DNA of 64,000 bases. Source: Eledone cirrhosa. Taxonomy: Eukaryota. Numbering within the stretch: position 1 is the first letter of the stretch; each line of letters starts with the position of its first letter. This document shows, one piece after another, positions 26,874 through 41,266 of the stretch. The DNA lies in assembly GCA_964016885.1 (NCBI GenBank), contig OZ024746.1:65720001-65784000 (forward strand), written 5' to 3'. Position numbers and translations under genes: made by a program. Below the pieces are notes generated by a model that worked only from the letters and a program-made list of their open reading frames with translations, had not been told where the DNA came from and did not search any database.

Positions 26874-29800
26874 TCCGACATGGAGTATCAGGCGTGAGGG
26901 AAGTGGGTGACGGTCTGCCACAAAAAACAAAAAACAAAAAAACCCTTAGGTTAACCGTCCAAAAGCGAAGGCAAACAAAGAGGAGTAAAGGCTGCAATGA
27001 GACTTGCAGCAACACCACCACCACCACCATCACCACCACAATCATCACCACCAACAACAACCACACCACCACCAGCATCACCAAAAACACCATCATCGCA
27101 AACATCACAAAAGACACACACCCAACAGCAACAAGAAGAAAACAGGAACAAAATCACCCCTCCCCCCAAATGTACACAGCCATAAACATGTCAAATAAAG
27201 AACTCTTACAACATATAAAGCAGCACACAGTCACCACAGAAACAAACTACTACACCCCACCAACACCAAAAACTCTCCCGAAAAACATAAACATCATTGA
27301 AATAAAAAAAGAACATTACAAACTTTCAAAAGACCCCGCCGTTGGAGACTTCAGTGGGTCGGTTACCAACAGTATATACACCGAAATCCTCTTGGAAACA
27401 CCCATGACCAACCAAATGGACGGTTCTACTGTCCCTTCACTACACGATCAAAGTAAGTGATCCTTTATCACTTACCCCTTTTCTCATCCAACATGGCCGT
27501 ACTTAGAATAGGCAGTATAAATGTACGTGGCATGGACTCATCTTGGAAGCAGGGTCACCTGCTCAACGACCTCAGGTCACTAAACATAGATGCGGTGGTC
27601 ATCAGCGAGACCATAATCTCCGAAGCACGAGCCTTTGCACCGATCTTCGGCGGCTACATGGGGGCGAAAGCCGTTCAATGGGACCGGGTGGTGGAGGCGC
27701 GACGTGTCAACAAGTCCACAAATCTGTCTTTGCCTGATCAAAACGGGCGCATGTTGCTCGAACCCGAGCAGATATGTGCATTTTTCAACAGCACTTTGCT
27801 CAATTGTTCGGGAGAGGCGGCGGGCCGGACCGGAGTATGGATTTCGGTGCATACCTCAACGGGCTGCCGCGGCTCTCGACGACCGCAGCGCAGTGCTGCG
27901 AAAAGTCGATAACAACAGGTGAAATACGGGAAGCGACGTGTGACTGCACGCGGGGTAAATCGCCAGGTTTGGATGGTTTGCCCTACGAGCTTTATGCGTA
28001 TATGTCAGATTTGTTCGACGACGTCTTGGCAGATGTCTACTGCAAATGGTAGCAGAACGGGAGCATTCACAGTTTTGTGAGCCGGGAAGCGGGAGCGCTG
28101 CTGAGAAAAGACCCGAACAAGAGGGACGTTATAGACAACTTCAGGCCCATAACTCTGCTAAACGCAGAGTTTAAGATTTTGGCCAAGGTGTTAGCAAAAA
28201 GATTGGCGCTTGTCATCGGTGATCTGGTGCGAGAGGCGCAGAAATGTGCCATTCCGGACAGATCCATCCACGACGATCTCATGCGATACATCATAGAGAG
28301 TGTGATTAAGAAACCTGGAACGGGTGGGGCCCTGATCAACTTGAATCAATCTAAAGCATTTGATAGGGTCGAACATCGGTACCTGGCTGCGGTCCTCAAG
28401 GCGGCGGGCTTCTAGCCCGTTTTTAGGGGCTGGATCTCTACGATGCACAGCGACATCTGCTCGTTTGTGAGGGTGAATGGTCACCTGGAGCATCCTTTCA
28501 GCATCATGCGCTCGGTCCGCCAGGGTTGCTCCGTCTCGTTCCTCTTGTACGTACTGGCCCTAGAGCGGTTACTGCACAAATTGGAGAATATGTGGGGTGT
28601 CCCACGCGAACTGGGATGCGGGAGATCCATGTCAGCTTACTCCGACGACGTCACCATGGTGGTGTCGAGCACCAAATACGTCAGGATGCTCGCCACCACT
28701 CTCAAGGAATACGAAGTGGTGACAGGAGCAAAGTTATACCAGGAAAAGTCGGTGGGCTTGCAAATCGGCACCTGGACAGGAAAGTCCATGTCGTCCGACG
28801 GCGTCGTGGGGCGCTGGACGGAAGGACCGGTTAAATTGCTCGGAGTCTTGTTCGGTCCGGACATCCAGATGGAGAAAAACTGGAGCGAGGTGACGCAGGG
28901 TGGCCTATCTCACCCAGAAATGGGCCGAGAGGAGGCTGTCTCTGAGAGGTCGGGTGGAGGTGGCGAATGCGTACGTAGCGTCCGTCATCTGCTACAGCCA
29001 GACTGTCGTACCTTGCCCCCGCCCAACTCTGACAAAAATGGAACGCCTTCTCTTCCGCTTTTTTGTGAAAGGGACGTGCTCCCATGGTCAGACGATCTAT
29101 TTGCTGTCAACACCCGTTGCGTGGAGGACTATGCATGCCGTGGCTGATGATGCGCAAACATGCGCTGAGTTTGCGACATCTCTGGTGCTTCCTTGACGGT
29201 GAATAGGTGTGGTCGCCGTTTGCCAGACGCGCTTTTCCCCAGCTCGTCTCCTTGACGGAGCTGCAGTCCTGGACCAGGAAAAGACCGAGGGAAAGCACTT
29301 GGGAGCTGGAATGTCTCCAAGCGCTCACCGCCTTCTACCAGCCGGGCACTAGTATCGGTGGAACATCCACCTCGGCGTACTATAGAGGGCTAGTGGAGGG
29401 AAAGAGTCACGACGTACTCGGGGAGACCCTGGGCGTCGAAAATGATCAGCTGTTCGCTCTCTTCCAGAGAACTTTCAGACCGGGGCTTATGGAAAATGTC
29501 CAGAAATTCCTGGCCAGGCAGTGCTACCGGGGAGCGTTGCCGGTTCGGGATAAACTCTACAGGACGGAGGTGCTGTCAGCCGAGACTGTCCGAGATTCGC
29601 GCAGGGCGACGAAACCGTCCTGCACGCACTCGTTCACTTCCCGAGGATTGTTGACTTGTGGAGCTATGTCGAACAGCTGCTGTCGCGTGTAGGACGGATC
29701 CGGTTAACGACCGAGTCCAATGTGCAGATAGCCCCCTATTCTCATTTAAAGAGGTGGAAGGGCAGGCAGTTTTCATCTGCCTGGTGGCCATGGCGAAAGA

Positions 29801-30271
29801 GATTGTGTGGTGGACAAGGTTGAAAGGGTTGAAGACGGACACTTTCCTCTTCGGCCAATCCCCGATTAACTTTTTCAAGTTTCACTTGAACAGGAAAATC
29901 AGGGTGGAGAGGCAAGTTCTGTCTTCTAGTAATGAAAGGTGGGTGAAAGTGGCCAGTTTGGTACGAGTGAACGGGCCCGCTCTGAGGATGCGCCTGTAGA
30001 CTGAGGAGTGGGAAAACTGAGAGAGGGCGCTTGCCCTGCTAGTCAGGGTGGCCGTGGCCTTTTTGTGTGGTTTTTGCCGCGAGTAACCCTCGGAGGTTTC
30101 CCCCCTTTTGGGGGTATTTTTGTTGTTTGAATTTTTTTGATTTCTAGCCCAATTTTGTTAGAATCTGTTTACACGACTAAAAACCACTATGTATAGTCCT
30201 GTATCCTGTACTGTTCCGTGCCGTCTCTAATGTTTTTCTTCGTGTCAGCCCTTGTGGCTAATAAAGAATCC
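26874..30271 (+). mobile_element. L1/Tx1-type LINE copy 4 (5'-truncated, large APE deletion), (ATT)n tail
   Basis: ORF1 C-terminus resembles copy 1 (26894-27460). ORF2 27493-29999 jumps from the APE start to AKAVQW at ~27658. RT motifs FRPITLLN, KAFDRV, QGCSVS, YSDD. Ends CCCTTGTGGCTAATAAAGAATCC(ATT)n. Confidence 0.92.
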
Positions 30272-30282
30272 ATTATTATTAT

Positions 30283-30388
30283 CCTCTGTTTTTTTTTGTT
30301 TTTTTACACGCAGAAATACCAATTTGTACCGTCCTGTACTGTCCTTAATGTCTACTTTGTGTAAACCCTTGTGGTTAATAAAGAAAGC
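30283..30388 (+). mobile_element. ~105-bp 5'-truncated 3' end of the copy-1 LINE subfamily
   Basis: Highly similar to 8177-8287 (cctctgtttt...acacgcagaaat...gtaaacccttgtggttaataaagaaa). ATT repeats on both sides. Confidence 0.9.
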
Positions 30389-30415
30389 ATTATTATTAGT
30401 ATTATTATTATCATT

Positions 30416-33400
30416 GTTCTAAACGGACGTATTTTACTCGCTCCCAGTAAGTCGCTTTATTTGCCTATAAAATTATTTGTTTTTAAATATTTCTTGTTGT
30501 GTAAGGGATATAAGCCCTTAGACTTTGCCGCGTGAAGGTGAAAGTATAATATTTGGGCCTTTTGACCCAAATATTTGAACTTTCTTTTACATGCTAAAAA
30601 ATGTACGAAGAAAAAAAAAACATGGCTGGGCCACGCCCCACAGCGATATGTCGGCTGTCGTGCGACAACGACGTAGAAGTTGAGAGGAGCACTACAGCGA
30701 AATTAACACAAATTGATAACACAAACACCACCACAAACAAGGTAAACAAAGACACCAATGATACCAATAAGAACTCTAATTTTGAAAAAAATGACAGTAA
30801 CAGCGACAACGAAAATGTAGATAACAAAAAAAAAATAACAAATACAACAACAATATCAACACCACTAACATGAAAACAAATAGCGACAACACCAACAGCA
30901 ACAATACCAACTGCCCCGAGAACAACGGTGGCAACAATGATAACAGCGACAGTGCTAACAACAACACCAACAACACCCCCAACGAAAACAAGAAGAGCAC
31001 TTTCGCTGCGGCAGCAGCAAAAAAGAGGCCATGCTACAACATGGACCTCTCAAACAAAGATGAAAAGTTGGCCCAGGCATGGAAGCTCATCAAGCAAGAG
31101 CAAACTTGGGCCAACTTAACAGTCCCAGTAGAAGCTATTGAGGCAGTGGAGCGCAAAACGGTGCATTATAGATGCATCTCAGCACAAACCAAAAGGGCAG
31201 CTTTAATCCCACAAGAAGATGTCGAAGTCGCGCTGAGGTGCATCAGAGAAGATACCCAGTACATAGAGAGGGACAGACAGTACGGCACCATTTCTGTGTT
31301 GTTCAAGTCAGAACCCCCCCCTATGAAACACGCTATGACTCCTTGCAAAACCAGGACTTGACATGTGGTGGTTTCTGGGATGTGTGATTGTGGAGGGGAC
31401 GGATACAGTCCCTATAGAAGTGACCAGAACGGTCAGACGGGGTTGACCTGGAGATCCTTTTCCAGTCAGGGCCGAGAATGTGAAGACAATCCCAGACCAC
31501 ATACGACTTCAGAATGGGACGGTCATTCACATTATGACAGAAGACAAAAGGCCGCAGTGTTTTGTTTGTGGGGAAAAAACCCATTTGCGAGCCTTCTGCC
31601 CTCAACTGCTGAAAGAGGAAATGGGTCGAAAGGTTCCACTGCTGCTGACGCCGGGGCGAGGACCACAACCAAACCAGCACCGGCAAAAACACCAACAACA
31701 ACACCAATAGAAAGACCACCACCAACATTGACCACCCAGGGGGGAAACGTGGAAAGCTGTCAAATTCCCCCTCCACCCCAAAAAAATACACACACCAATA
31801 AAACCATAAACATACATACAGACATACTTACAGACACAGACCCCTCATCTACCAGTAGTGAAAATGAGGGAAATCCAAAATCCCCCAAAATACAAAAAAG
31901 GAAACACAAAAAGAAAAAGAAAACTCAACAAAGCACAAAAGCACCCACAATAAAAACGCAGACACCACCCACGCAAACATCTCTCCAATAACAACAACAT
32001 CAACACCACCATCACCATCACCAGAATCCCCCAAATGCAAACAACCGAAACAGACGCAAGAACAAATATACACACAAACATCTGAAACCACAGACACCGC
32101 ACTCACAACAAACACAGATACAACACCACCAAAACCATCACCACCGCAGCCACGCAAACAAATAAAATCACACCAACAAAACATACAAAACTTCGTGCTC
32201 GTCAGGACGGCCTACAAGGAGCTGATGGCCCTCGTAGCACGAAGTGAAAATATACAAAAAGAGGGGACATTTTTGAATCGAGCACATTTCGCGTGCCGGA
32301 AGATTTGGTTCTGGTGCGAATGTCATCCGACATATTCAAAGAAATACCAGACAGCTTTCCTCGGGACGTAGGAACCCCGAACGTAAAACCCACTTCAAGA
32401 CTTTTAAAGGGGTTCCCAAAAGAAACCCCACTAACTATGGAGGTCGAACAACCTGCCCTTCACAAGAGCCCGGAAGGTAAGTAAACCTTCCTCTCTCTCT
32501 GTTTAACATGCCAACATGGCCGTATTAAGAGTAGGATGTTTAAATGTTCGAGGCCTGGGATCGTCCTGGAAGCAGGGTCACCTGCTCAACGACCTCAGGT
32601 CTATAGAAATGGATGTAATTACAGTCAGCGAGACCAGGATTTCCGACACGCGCGCACTAGCCCCCATTTTCGACGACTATCAGATCATTGCATCTGTTAG
32701 CCGGCCGGGAATGGGAGGCGGGGTGGCAGTGCTGTTTAGGAAAGGCCTGGATCTCGAAGTAAGGTCGATCTTCCTGGAACCGGACGGGAAGTTGGTGGTC
32801 CTGGACGTGAACAATAATGAAGGTGGTGCCTTTAGACTGGTGGCCGTCTATGCTCCTACTCGGGCAGGACGGCCGGACTTCTTTAGACGCCTGGAAACCT
32901 TTCTGTGTACGTCTCGCCCTTTACTGTTAGCGGGGGACTGGAACGGCATCTTAGACGCACGCTGGGACTGTGTGGGCGTATCCGATAAGAGCGGGGGGTG
33001 CAAAAGCCTCAAGAACGTAGTCAGCCAGTTCCAACTGCCTGACAGGTACCGACTAGATTTCCCTAATGCGTGCGCCAGTGTGGATCTAGGCTAACCGCAT
33101 AGGGTCATCTAGATCGTATATATACAGGATATTCATTAGGAAAATAGACAGAAATAGTGTAAGCTGTCCACGTTTTGAAACCGTCGACTCTTCAGATCAC
33201 AAGTTTGTGGTCTGTATGGTCGACCTAGATAAGACGCGGAGGTTAGGACCTGGTTACTGGAAGCTAAACTTGTCATTTCCGGCACGTAAGGCCAGGTCAA
33301 CCATTTAGTTATGAAAAGGTTGACAGGGGAAGTCGTCAACAATAGATGGTGGGGGGCTCTCAAAAGAGAGATTAGAGTAATGTCGATATAGTTTAGCAAA

Positions 33401-36197
33401 GAAGTAGCATTAGAGAAAAATAGAAAGGAGGGGCAGTTGGTAGATAAGTTAGACGAGGCTATTGGTAGTGGCATTGCAACTGATGGGCTAGCGGCGAGAA
33501 TGGCATTAGACCATTTCTTCAATGCGAAACACGAAGGTTACATTGTCAGAGCTAAGGCGCGTGCTCTGAGAAACGAGGGAACCAAAGCTGTTCGATGGGC
33601 CCGCGTGGCAGAGGCGCAGCGTGGTAATAAAACCACGATTCGGTTTTTGATGGACCGAGACGGGCACGAGCTGAGCGATCCCAAGAGGATGTGTGAGGCC
33701 TTTCGCCAACATTTTGCTCGGTTGTTCGGGGGAAGTGGCGGGTCAGAGATGGTGGCGGACTTCAGTCCCTACCTCGATGGCTTGACGCAACTCTCGACGG
33801 CTGACGCTGGGCGCTGCGAAAGGCCAATTACTTCAGCCGAGATTCAGGATGCCCTTGTCGGTTGCATGAGGCGCTAGTCACCCGGTTTGGATGGTCTGCC
33901 CTACGAGCTTTACGTAAATATGCCAGACTTGTTCTCCAATCTCCTCGAAGCCCTCTACTGCAACTGGCAGCGCAACGGGAGAATCCCCAGTTCTGTGAGC
34001 CGGGAGTAGTGACGCTGATAAGGAAAGACGAGAACAAGAGGGACACATTAGACAATTTCAGGCCCATAACTCTTCTCAACACAGAGTTTAAGATTTTGAC
34101 CAGGGAGTTAGCGAAGAGGTTGGCACTTGTCGTCGGGGATTGGTTGGGGAGGCGCAAAATTGCGAAATCCCAACCAGGTCCATACACGACAACCTCCACT
34201 TAATGCGATAGATCATAGAGAGGGTAGGGTGTAAACCTGGCTGCCGTGGGGCTCTGATCAATTTAGATCAATCGAAAGCATTCGATAGGTTCGACCAGCG
34301 GTACCTGGAGGCTGTCCTCAAGGCGGCTGGCTTCGGCCCCGTCTTCAGAAGCTGGATCGCTGCAATGCACAGCGGCACATGTTCGATGGTCAAAATTAAT
34401 GGCCACCTTTCGGAACCGTTTCAGGTCTCTCGATCGGTCCATCAAGGGTGCCCTCTCTCCCCCCTTCTGTACGTATTGACTCTCGACCCTTTATTGCGGA
34501 AGCTGGAGCTGTTGCAGGGCATCCTGCTCTAGCCTGGACGCTGAAAGGCTGTGTCGGCTTATGCGGACGACATCACCGTGATGGTGTCGGACACCTCAGA
34601 AATCAAGGTGGTCGGCAACTTATTGGAGGAATATAAAAGGAATATAAAAACTTAACCCGGAAAAGTCCGTAGGCTTGCAACTCGGCACCTGGAGAGGCAA
34701 GTCCATGCCGTCCAACAGCGTCGTTAGGCGCTGGACGGACGGACCGGCAAAGTTGCTAGGGGTTTGGTTCGGGCCAGACCTCCAGGTGGATACGAATTGG
34801 GACGAGGTGACGGGCAGGGTAGTCAGTCTCACCCAGAAATGGGCTGGGATGAAGCTATCACTGAAAGGTCGGGCGGAGGTGGCGAACGCGTACATCGCGT
34901 CCGTCATCTATTACCGTCTGACTGTCGTCCTTGGCCCCGTTCGCGCCTCGCCATCTTGGAGCGGCTCCTCTTCAAATTCTTGTGGAGGGGTCAGGTTCCG
35001 CTGGTGAGGCGGTCCATCTGCTGCCAGCACCCTCTACGTGGAGGGCTGGGCATGCCGTGGCTAATGATGCGCAGGCACGCGCTGAGGCTGCGGCATCTCC
35101 AGATATTCTGCCTAAACGGTGAACAGGTGTGGTCGCCGTTTGTCAGACGGGCCTTTCCGCAGCTCGTTTCTTTTACTGAGTTGCAGTCCTGGGTCAAGAA
35201 GAGACCGAGACTGGGGGACTGGCATCTGGAATGTTGCCAGGCACTGACTGCCCTCTACCAGGCGGGCAATGCGGTCAGTGGAACTTCCACTCTCGAGTTC
35301 TATAGAGGATTAGTGGTGGGCAAGTGCGACGACGCACTCGGAGAGGCTCTGGGAGTCAACGAAGTCGAACTAACCAGTCAGTACCGGAGGACTTTCGAGC
35401 CGGGGACGATGGATAATTTCCAAAAATCCCTCGCTTGGCAGTGCTACCGGGGGGCACTGCCGGTTCGAGATACACTCTACAGGCACGGAAGTGCTGTCAA
35501 ACTGACCTGCCCGAGATGCGCGCAGAGCGACGAAACCCTTCTGCACGCACTCGTCCAGTGTCCCTGCATTACTGACTTGTGGAGTTGTGTTGAACAGCTG
35601 TTGTATCGTGTAGAACGGATCCGGCTGTCGGCCGAGTCCATAGTAAAGATCGACCCGCCGCCTTCTTTTGGCCAGGAAGGGCAGGCAATTTTCCTCTGTC
35701 TGGTGGCAGTAGCGAATGAGGTTGTATGGTGGACGAGGTTGAAAGGACTGAAGACAGACACTTTTCTCTTCGGCCAATCCCTCATCAACTTTTTCAAGTT
35801 TCACTTGGAAAGGAAGGTGAGGGTGAATAGAGACCTGCTGCTCCCCAGTACATTTGCTGAAAGGTGGGTGAATGTTTCGAGAATGGCCCGTATGAGTGGG
35901 CCTACTCTGGTCATGCGGCTCTAGGTAGGTAAATTTGAAGAGGAGAGGGGTGCCCTTCCAGGGTGCTCTCGAAGCGTCGGGTCGTTCAAGACTGGTGGGG
36001 TACCTGGGCGAACCCTATGTGGTCATCCCCCCTATTGTGGAATATTTTCTTGTTGTAATTTTCTTGTTACTTTATTGTTACTTTGTTATTGTTACTTTGT
36101 TTATTCATATTGTTTACTCGATTTTTCTGTAAAACCCCACTGTCCCAGTCTTTTGTATTGTCCCCTATATGTCGGCTCTTGTGGCCAAAAAATGAAA

Positions 36198-36199
<2 letters not shown>
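30416..36199 (+). mobile_element. L1/Tx1-type LINE copy 5 (near full-length, decayed), in (ATT)n
   Basis: ORF1 fragments with CFVCGEKTHLRAFCP knuckle. ORF2 32516-35924 retains all domains but is interrupted. (ATT)n at 30389-30415 and 36200-36259. Confidence 0.93.
32516..35924 (+). pseudogene. ORF2 of LINE copy 5 (APE-RT-CCHC), interrupted by stops/frameshifts
   Basis: LNVRGL, VSET, AVYAP, AGDWN; FRPITLLN; tatgcggacgac (YADD) at ~34560; CPRCAQSDETLLHALVQC. Confidence 0.92.
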
Positions 36200-36259
<60 letters not shown>

Positions 36260-37176
36260 GTTTTTACTGTCATTATTCTGTTTCTTGTTAATAATTTAAA
36301 AAATGTCTTTGCATTTCTATTTTTTTTCTACATATATAAACCACTTTAAATTAGAATTTATATTCTAGTCAGAAGAAATCTAATTACAACCCATGAAGAC
36401 CGATTTCTTTCGGCCTCTCACTTTGTCCAACAGAGAATATATTGACGTATTCTTGATTACGTTTGTTCATGTCTGGTGTGTGAACTGCTTTACAATGCTT
36501 TAAGAAGTCATACATATCTTTGGCAAAAAAAAAAAAATAAAATAAATAAACATTACTCCGGTCGTATTGGAAATTCTCCATCGACTATATTATCGGAGCC
36601 AGAATGGTAGAGATACATAGCCAAGTTTTGCAAATATGAAGAAATTATGTAAATTGATTTCTTGTTGATATACGGATTTATGGGCATTAGAATAAAGCGT
36701 TGTGATTATATTGGTTTTGCAGTAAACATTGATGGGATTTCTACGCAGATAATTGAATAAACAAAGCTGAATAGGTGCCAACACAAAAATGACTGAAAGG
36801 TATATATGGCAGAGATAACGTCGAATTATGGATATATATGTCAATTACATATTAGTATGTGAAGATTTCTGTCACCATTTTTTAACGTTAACTACAGTTA
36901 TAAAACAAAAGCACTTAATTTTTGGGTGATTATCGAGTAGGCAGGAAAGGGCAAATAAAACATTATAAGCCGCCTTTTACAAATAATACACACCTTACAC
37001 GTTTCTACTTACTAGTGTACAGATGTTAATGCTGTGATAACATTCATGAAACATATCACTGAATTCTTGGTTGCCCAGTCATAATTTATGCATTTACACT
37101 CATAATATATTATATTTATTTATTTATATTTCATATAGAGCATCAACATACTTGCTTATATATATATATATATATA

Positions 37177-39860
37177 GTAATAATAATAAATTTGAAGACT
37201 AAAATCCAAAGAGGGCTCGATAAGGATAAATATATATCAAATATATAAGAACCGTAGAGCAAATATTTATTAAAATAACAGATTAAAGTTTAAGCAAAGA
37301 ATCGCTGCTTTCACCCTTAACGGCATCTTCTGAAACTAACAAAGTCAATCTGTAAACGCAGAAGTGGATATTTCAAAAAACGTTGCAACCGGAGGGAGAC
37401 AGGAGACGATACTTTGGTTCGTGGAAACGTTCGCTGGCAAAGAACGGGAAAACACGAATATAATACGTCATTAATAGGAGCTGTGAAAAACAATTACGCG
37501 CAAATACAGAACCACGTTTATGGTATAAAAGAGGTCGTAGACTAATGTTCTCTTAGGTGGTTCATAGAGACGTTCTCTGGCAATGAACGAAAAAGACGAA
37601 GATAATACGTCTTATGTGGAGCGTGGAGAACAATAGCACGCAAAGACAAAACCACGTAAATGGTATAGCAGAAGTCGTAGACTAAAATTCTAACTAGCAG
37701 ACCGAATGAATCTCCGCTACAGAGTTAAGAACAAAGTAAATAAATACAATACAGAAGTAATAGAAATAAATAAATACATACACGCAAACAAAAACGTACA
37801 TACACATGCATACGCAAAACACTTATCATAGGTATACAAAACCACGCACATATAAATATGTGTGTGTGTGTATGCGTGTATACAAATAAATAATTATATA
37901 AACGTATATAAATAATTAAATACGTATATAACAAGCGCACGCATGTAAATACACGAATGTTCGGAGACGTAAGTCAACCAAAACATGAAGTACACATATA
38001 CACACACCCTACATACGTACGAACCAGCATACTCACACATACGCAAAACTCCCGTATACACAAAGCCAAACCATATGTACAAGAATATATAAAAAAATAT
38101 ATTCTGGTACATATGGTTTGGCTTTATTATTATATTACAACAGATTATTTATATAAATATTTATATAGATAATTTTGGTGAGTATATATGTTTTTTCCAT
38201 TGTTATATAATTTAAATATATTTACATATGTTAAGGGTTTCGATGAATTTCGTATTTACATTTTCAATATATAGTTAAGAAAAGGGAAGTAATTCTAGTT
38301 TTATTAGGGAATATTATTTTGTACATTCTATAGTTCAATCAAGATAGGAATACAATTACAAAGTTTTGTAAGTTAACGAAATTATACAGAAAATTTAATA
38401 TTTATGTAAAGGATAGCTGTTACTGAGAAGAAATATTTAAGTGAGTTACATTGTAAAGGAAAAGATAACTTCAATATTTCTTAGTTAAAATAGTTAGGTT
38501 ACATTTGTCGTTAATACTAGAATTTACTTTAAATGAATATTCAATTAAGATGTGTGCAAAATATATGTAGAAAAATTTTATATATTATTTTGTATATGAT
38601 TTTAAAGTATATATTCAAAGATAAACATTATTTTATATATGTGTTTAGATGGCATTATCTAGATCGCTGCTAATGTCTATATAGTCAATTAGGAAGAAAT
38701 ATTAGAGACATCCAAAGTATATTCAGAAACATCATTAACACTATCACAAGAAAGATACATTTCAAAATATCATTTAAAAAAACCTTTTAAAAAGAGTATC
38801 ATTTGAAAAATATCACTTAAAAAGAAAACATCATCCAATAATCACCGCAAAATGTCAACCAAACATAGTGAAGACATATAAAGTGTAAACAAGTGAAGTA
38901 TAGATAATATTTTCTATAGATTATAGATACTTCTGAATATTTTGGTTTGGCGATGTCTACAAGAATTGAATAATTCTTTCTTTTTGTTAATAGAGTTTTG
39001 GTTGGTAAGTATATGAAACATTTTTTCAATACACAAATGACACATTCTTGAGAGAGCCATATTTCGGTATGCGAGCGCTTTCAAAATCGTTCCCCAAGAA
39101 ATTGAATAGTCAATATTATTGTCTTTTAAGTACCAAATTAGATGTGAAAGTGATGTTGAAAATGTTTTGTCTGATCTATTAAATGTATGTTTGTGATTAT
39201 ACAAGCGTTCCTTAAATTTTGTAGAAGTGGCTCCTAAATAGATATATATTGTATCTGTAGTTTTTACTATGCATTTATAAACTAAGTTTTTATCTAGACA
39301 ATTATTCTGTAAAGGGCAATTTCATTCGTTTCTACAGATACCTTTTCCAGAGTTGTTGTCAATAGGAACGGTACGATCATTACTAGTATTAATATTATTA
39401 TTAGTAATATTAATATTGTTATTTTGGTTTATTTGGTTTGGGTTTAAATTTAAGTTTCTATTATTAATTCTATGAATATTTTGTGCTATGTTCATAGTAG
39501 TAGAGTAAGATAGTTTTATAGTTAAAAATAGAATGGTATTTATGGGATTAGGAAAACATCTATCTAATGCTTTGAAAAATAGGTTTGCTACATGTGTTTT
39601 AACTCCTAATGAGAATGGGGGAGAGTACCAAATACTATTTCTAGTTCTAGTTCTTTTGTTTGATTTACTATTTATGTTAAATGGCTTATTATTATTATTA
39701 TAGTAAATTTTAGGCTGATTTTTGCATGTTATTCTTATCTAAGTATTTAATTTTATTCATGTAGCCAGCCCTATGTAGAGCGTCATTGTAATATTCTGCC
39801 TTATTTTCAAAAATATTTTTAATTGCTGAAATGCGAGAAATTCGATAGTGGACACTTACA
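37177..39860 (-). mobile_element. Penelope-like element (Naiad-type) 3' part: RT thumb/linker, GIY-YIG endonuclease, 3' UTR/pLTR
   Basis: Minus-strand translation RNSIWYSPPFS..., C..NCPLQNNCLDKNLVYKC...YLGATSTKFKERLYNHKHTF...LSHLIWYLK...CHLCIEK...NKKKELFNSCRH. Terminal region 37177-37725 is re-found at 51385-52145. Abuts (TA)n. Confidence 0.85.
37287..37337 (-). ncRNA. Type I hammerhead-like motif with CAGAAGA core (also 51405-51455 and 52045-52095)
   Basis: AGTTT-CAGAAGA-T-(G/C)CC-GTTAA-GGG-T-GAA-AGCA-GCGATTCTT-TGCT-T/AAACT: all three stems pair, but core position 4 is A. Confidence 0.6.
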
Positions 39861-40214
39861 TAGTTATTTAAATTTACATAGCGTCTAAATATAACGATCT
39901 TTTTCAACTGTACGTTTAACCTCATTAACATATTTGAAATTTATTTCACAATCCAAACTGAACTTAAAACGATGAGTTCTTGTTTTTTGGATATGTCAAT
40001 ATTTATAAAACAACTTTTGTATTTTATCTGATGAGAGCGTACCAAAATATATATTGAAATATATATATAATAAAATAGATATGGTTTTATAAAGATATGT
40101 TCCATTTATTAATATCATTGATATTATACTCCAGAAAAATTCTGTAGAATAACCAACAAATTAAATATCTCTTTGCTTATATATAAGTAGTAACACAGCA
40201 GTTAGTTCACCATA

Positions 40215-40255
40215 CCGAGAACAATTATTTCACCTTATGCGGATCTTCAGCTCGG
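40215..40255 (-). ncRNA. Type I hammerhead ribozyme motif (mirror copy 40532-40571 on +)
   Basis: CCGAG-CTGAAGA-T-CC-GCATAA-GG-T-GAA-AT-AATT-GT-T/CTCGG: stem I 5 bp, canonical core, short stems II and III, GUU triplet. Confidence 0.7.
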
Positions 40256-40358
40256 ACGAAGTCCTAGCTGAGGATCTACAAAACTCGTCCCATGGACCGA
40301 GTGCTCTACCACTACGGATATTACCTTCCAGTGTTCTAACTCTTTTTTTCTCTCTCTC

Positions 40359-40425
<67 letters not shown>

Positions 40426-40872
40426 TGAGAGAGATAGAAAGAAATAGTTAGAACACTGGAAGGTAATATCCGTAGTGGTAGAGCACTCAGTCCATGGGAC
40501 GAGTTTTGTAGATCCTCAGCTAGGACTTTGTCCGAGCTGAAGACCGTATAAGGTGAAATAATTGTTTTCGGTATCGTGAACTAACTGTTGTGTTACTACT
40601 TATATATAAGCAAAGAGATATTTAATTTGTTGGTTATTCTACAGAATTTTTCTGGAGTATAATATCAATGATATTAATAAATGGAATCTATCTTTATAAA
40701 ACCATATCTATTTTATTATATATATTTCAAGGGTACCAACATTTTGTTACGCTCTCGTCTGATAAAATACAAAAGTTGTATTATAAATATTGACATATCC
40801 AAAAAAAAACAAGAACTCATCGTTTTAAGTTCAGTTTGGATTGTGAAATAAATTCCAAATCTTAGGCTGAAT

Positions 40873-41266
40873 ATGTTAATGAGGTTAAACGTACAGTTGA
40901 AAAAGATCGTTATATTTAGACGCTATGTAAATTTAAATAACTATGTAAGTGTCCACTATCGAATTTCTCGCATTTCAGCAATTAAAAATATTTTTGAAAA
41001 TAAGGCAGAATATTACAATGTCGCTCTACATAGGGCTGGCTACATGAATACAATTAAGTACTTAGATAAGAATAACATGCAAAATTATCCTAAAATTTAC
41101 TATAATAATAATAATAAGCAATTTAACATAAATAGTAAATCAAACAAAAGAACTAGAACTAGAAATAGTATTTGGTACTCTCCCCCATTCTCATTAGGAG
41201 TTAAAACACATGTAGCAAACCTATTTTTCAAAGCATTAGATAGATGTTTTCCTAATCCCATAGATA

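Noticed and set aside
39320-39328. In-frame TGA in the Cys-rich region of the Naiad-like PLE as possible selenocysteine
   Set aside because: It aligns with Arg, not Cys, in the second PLE (CRNE*NCPL vs YRNKRNCPL). The ORF is otherwise decayed and no SECIS was identified.
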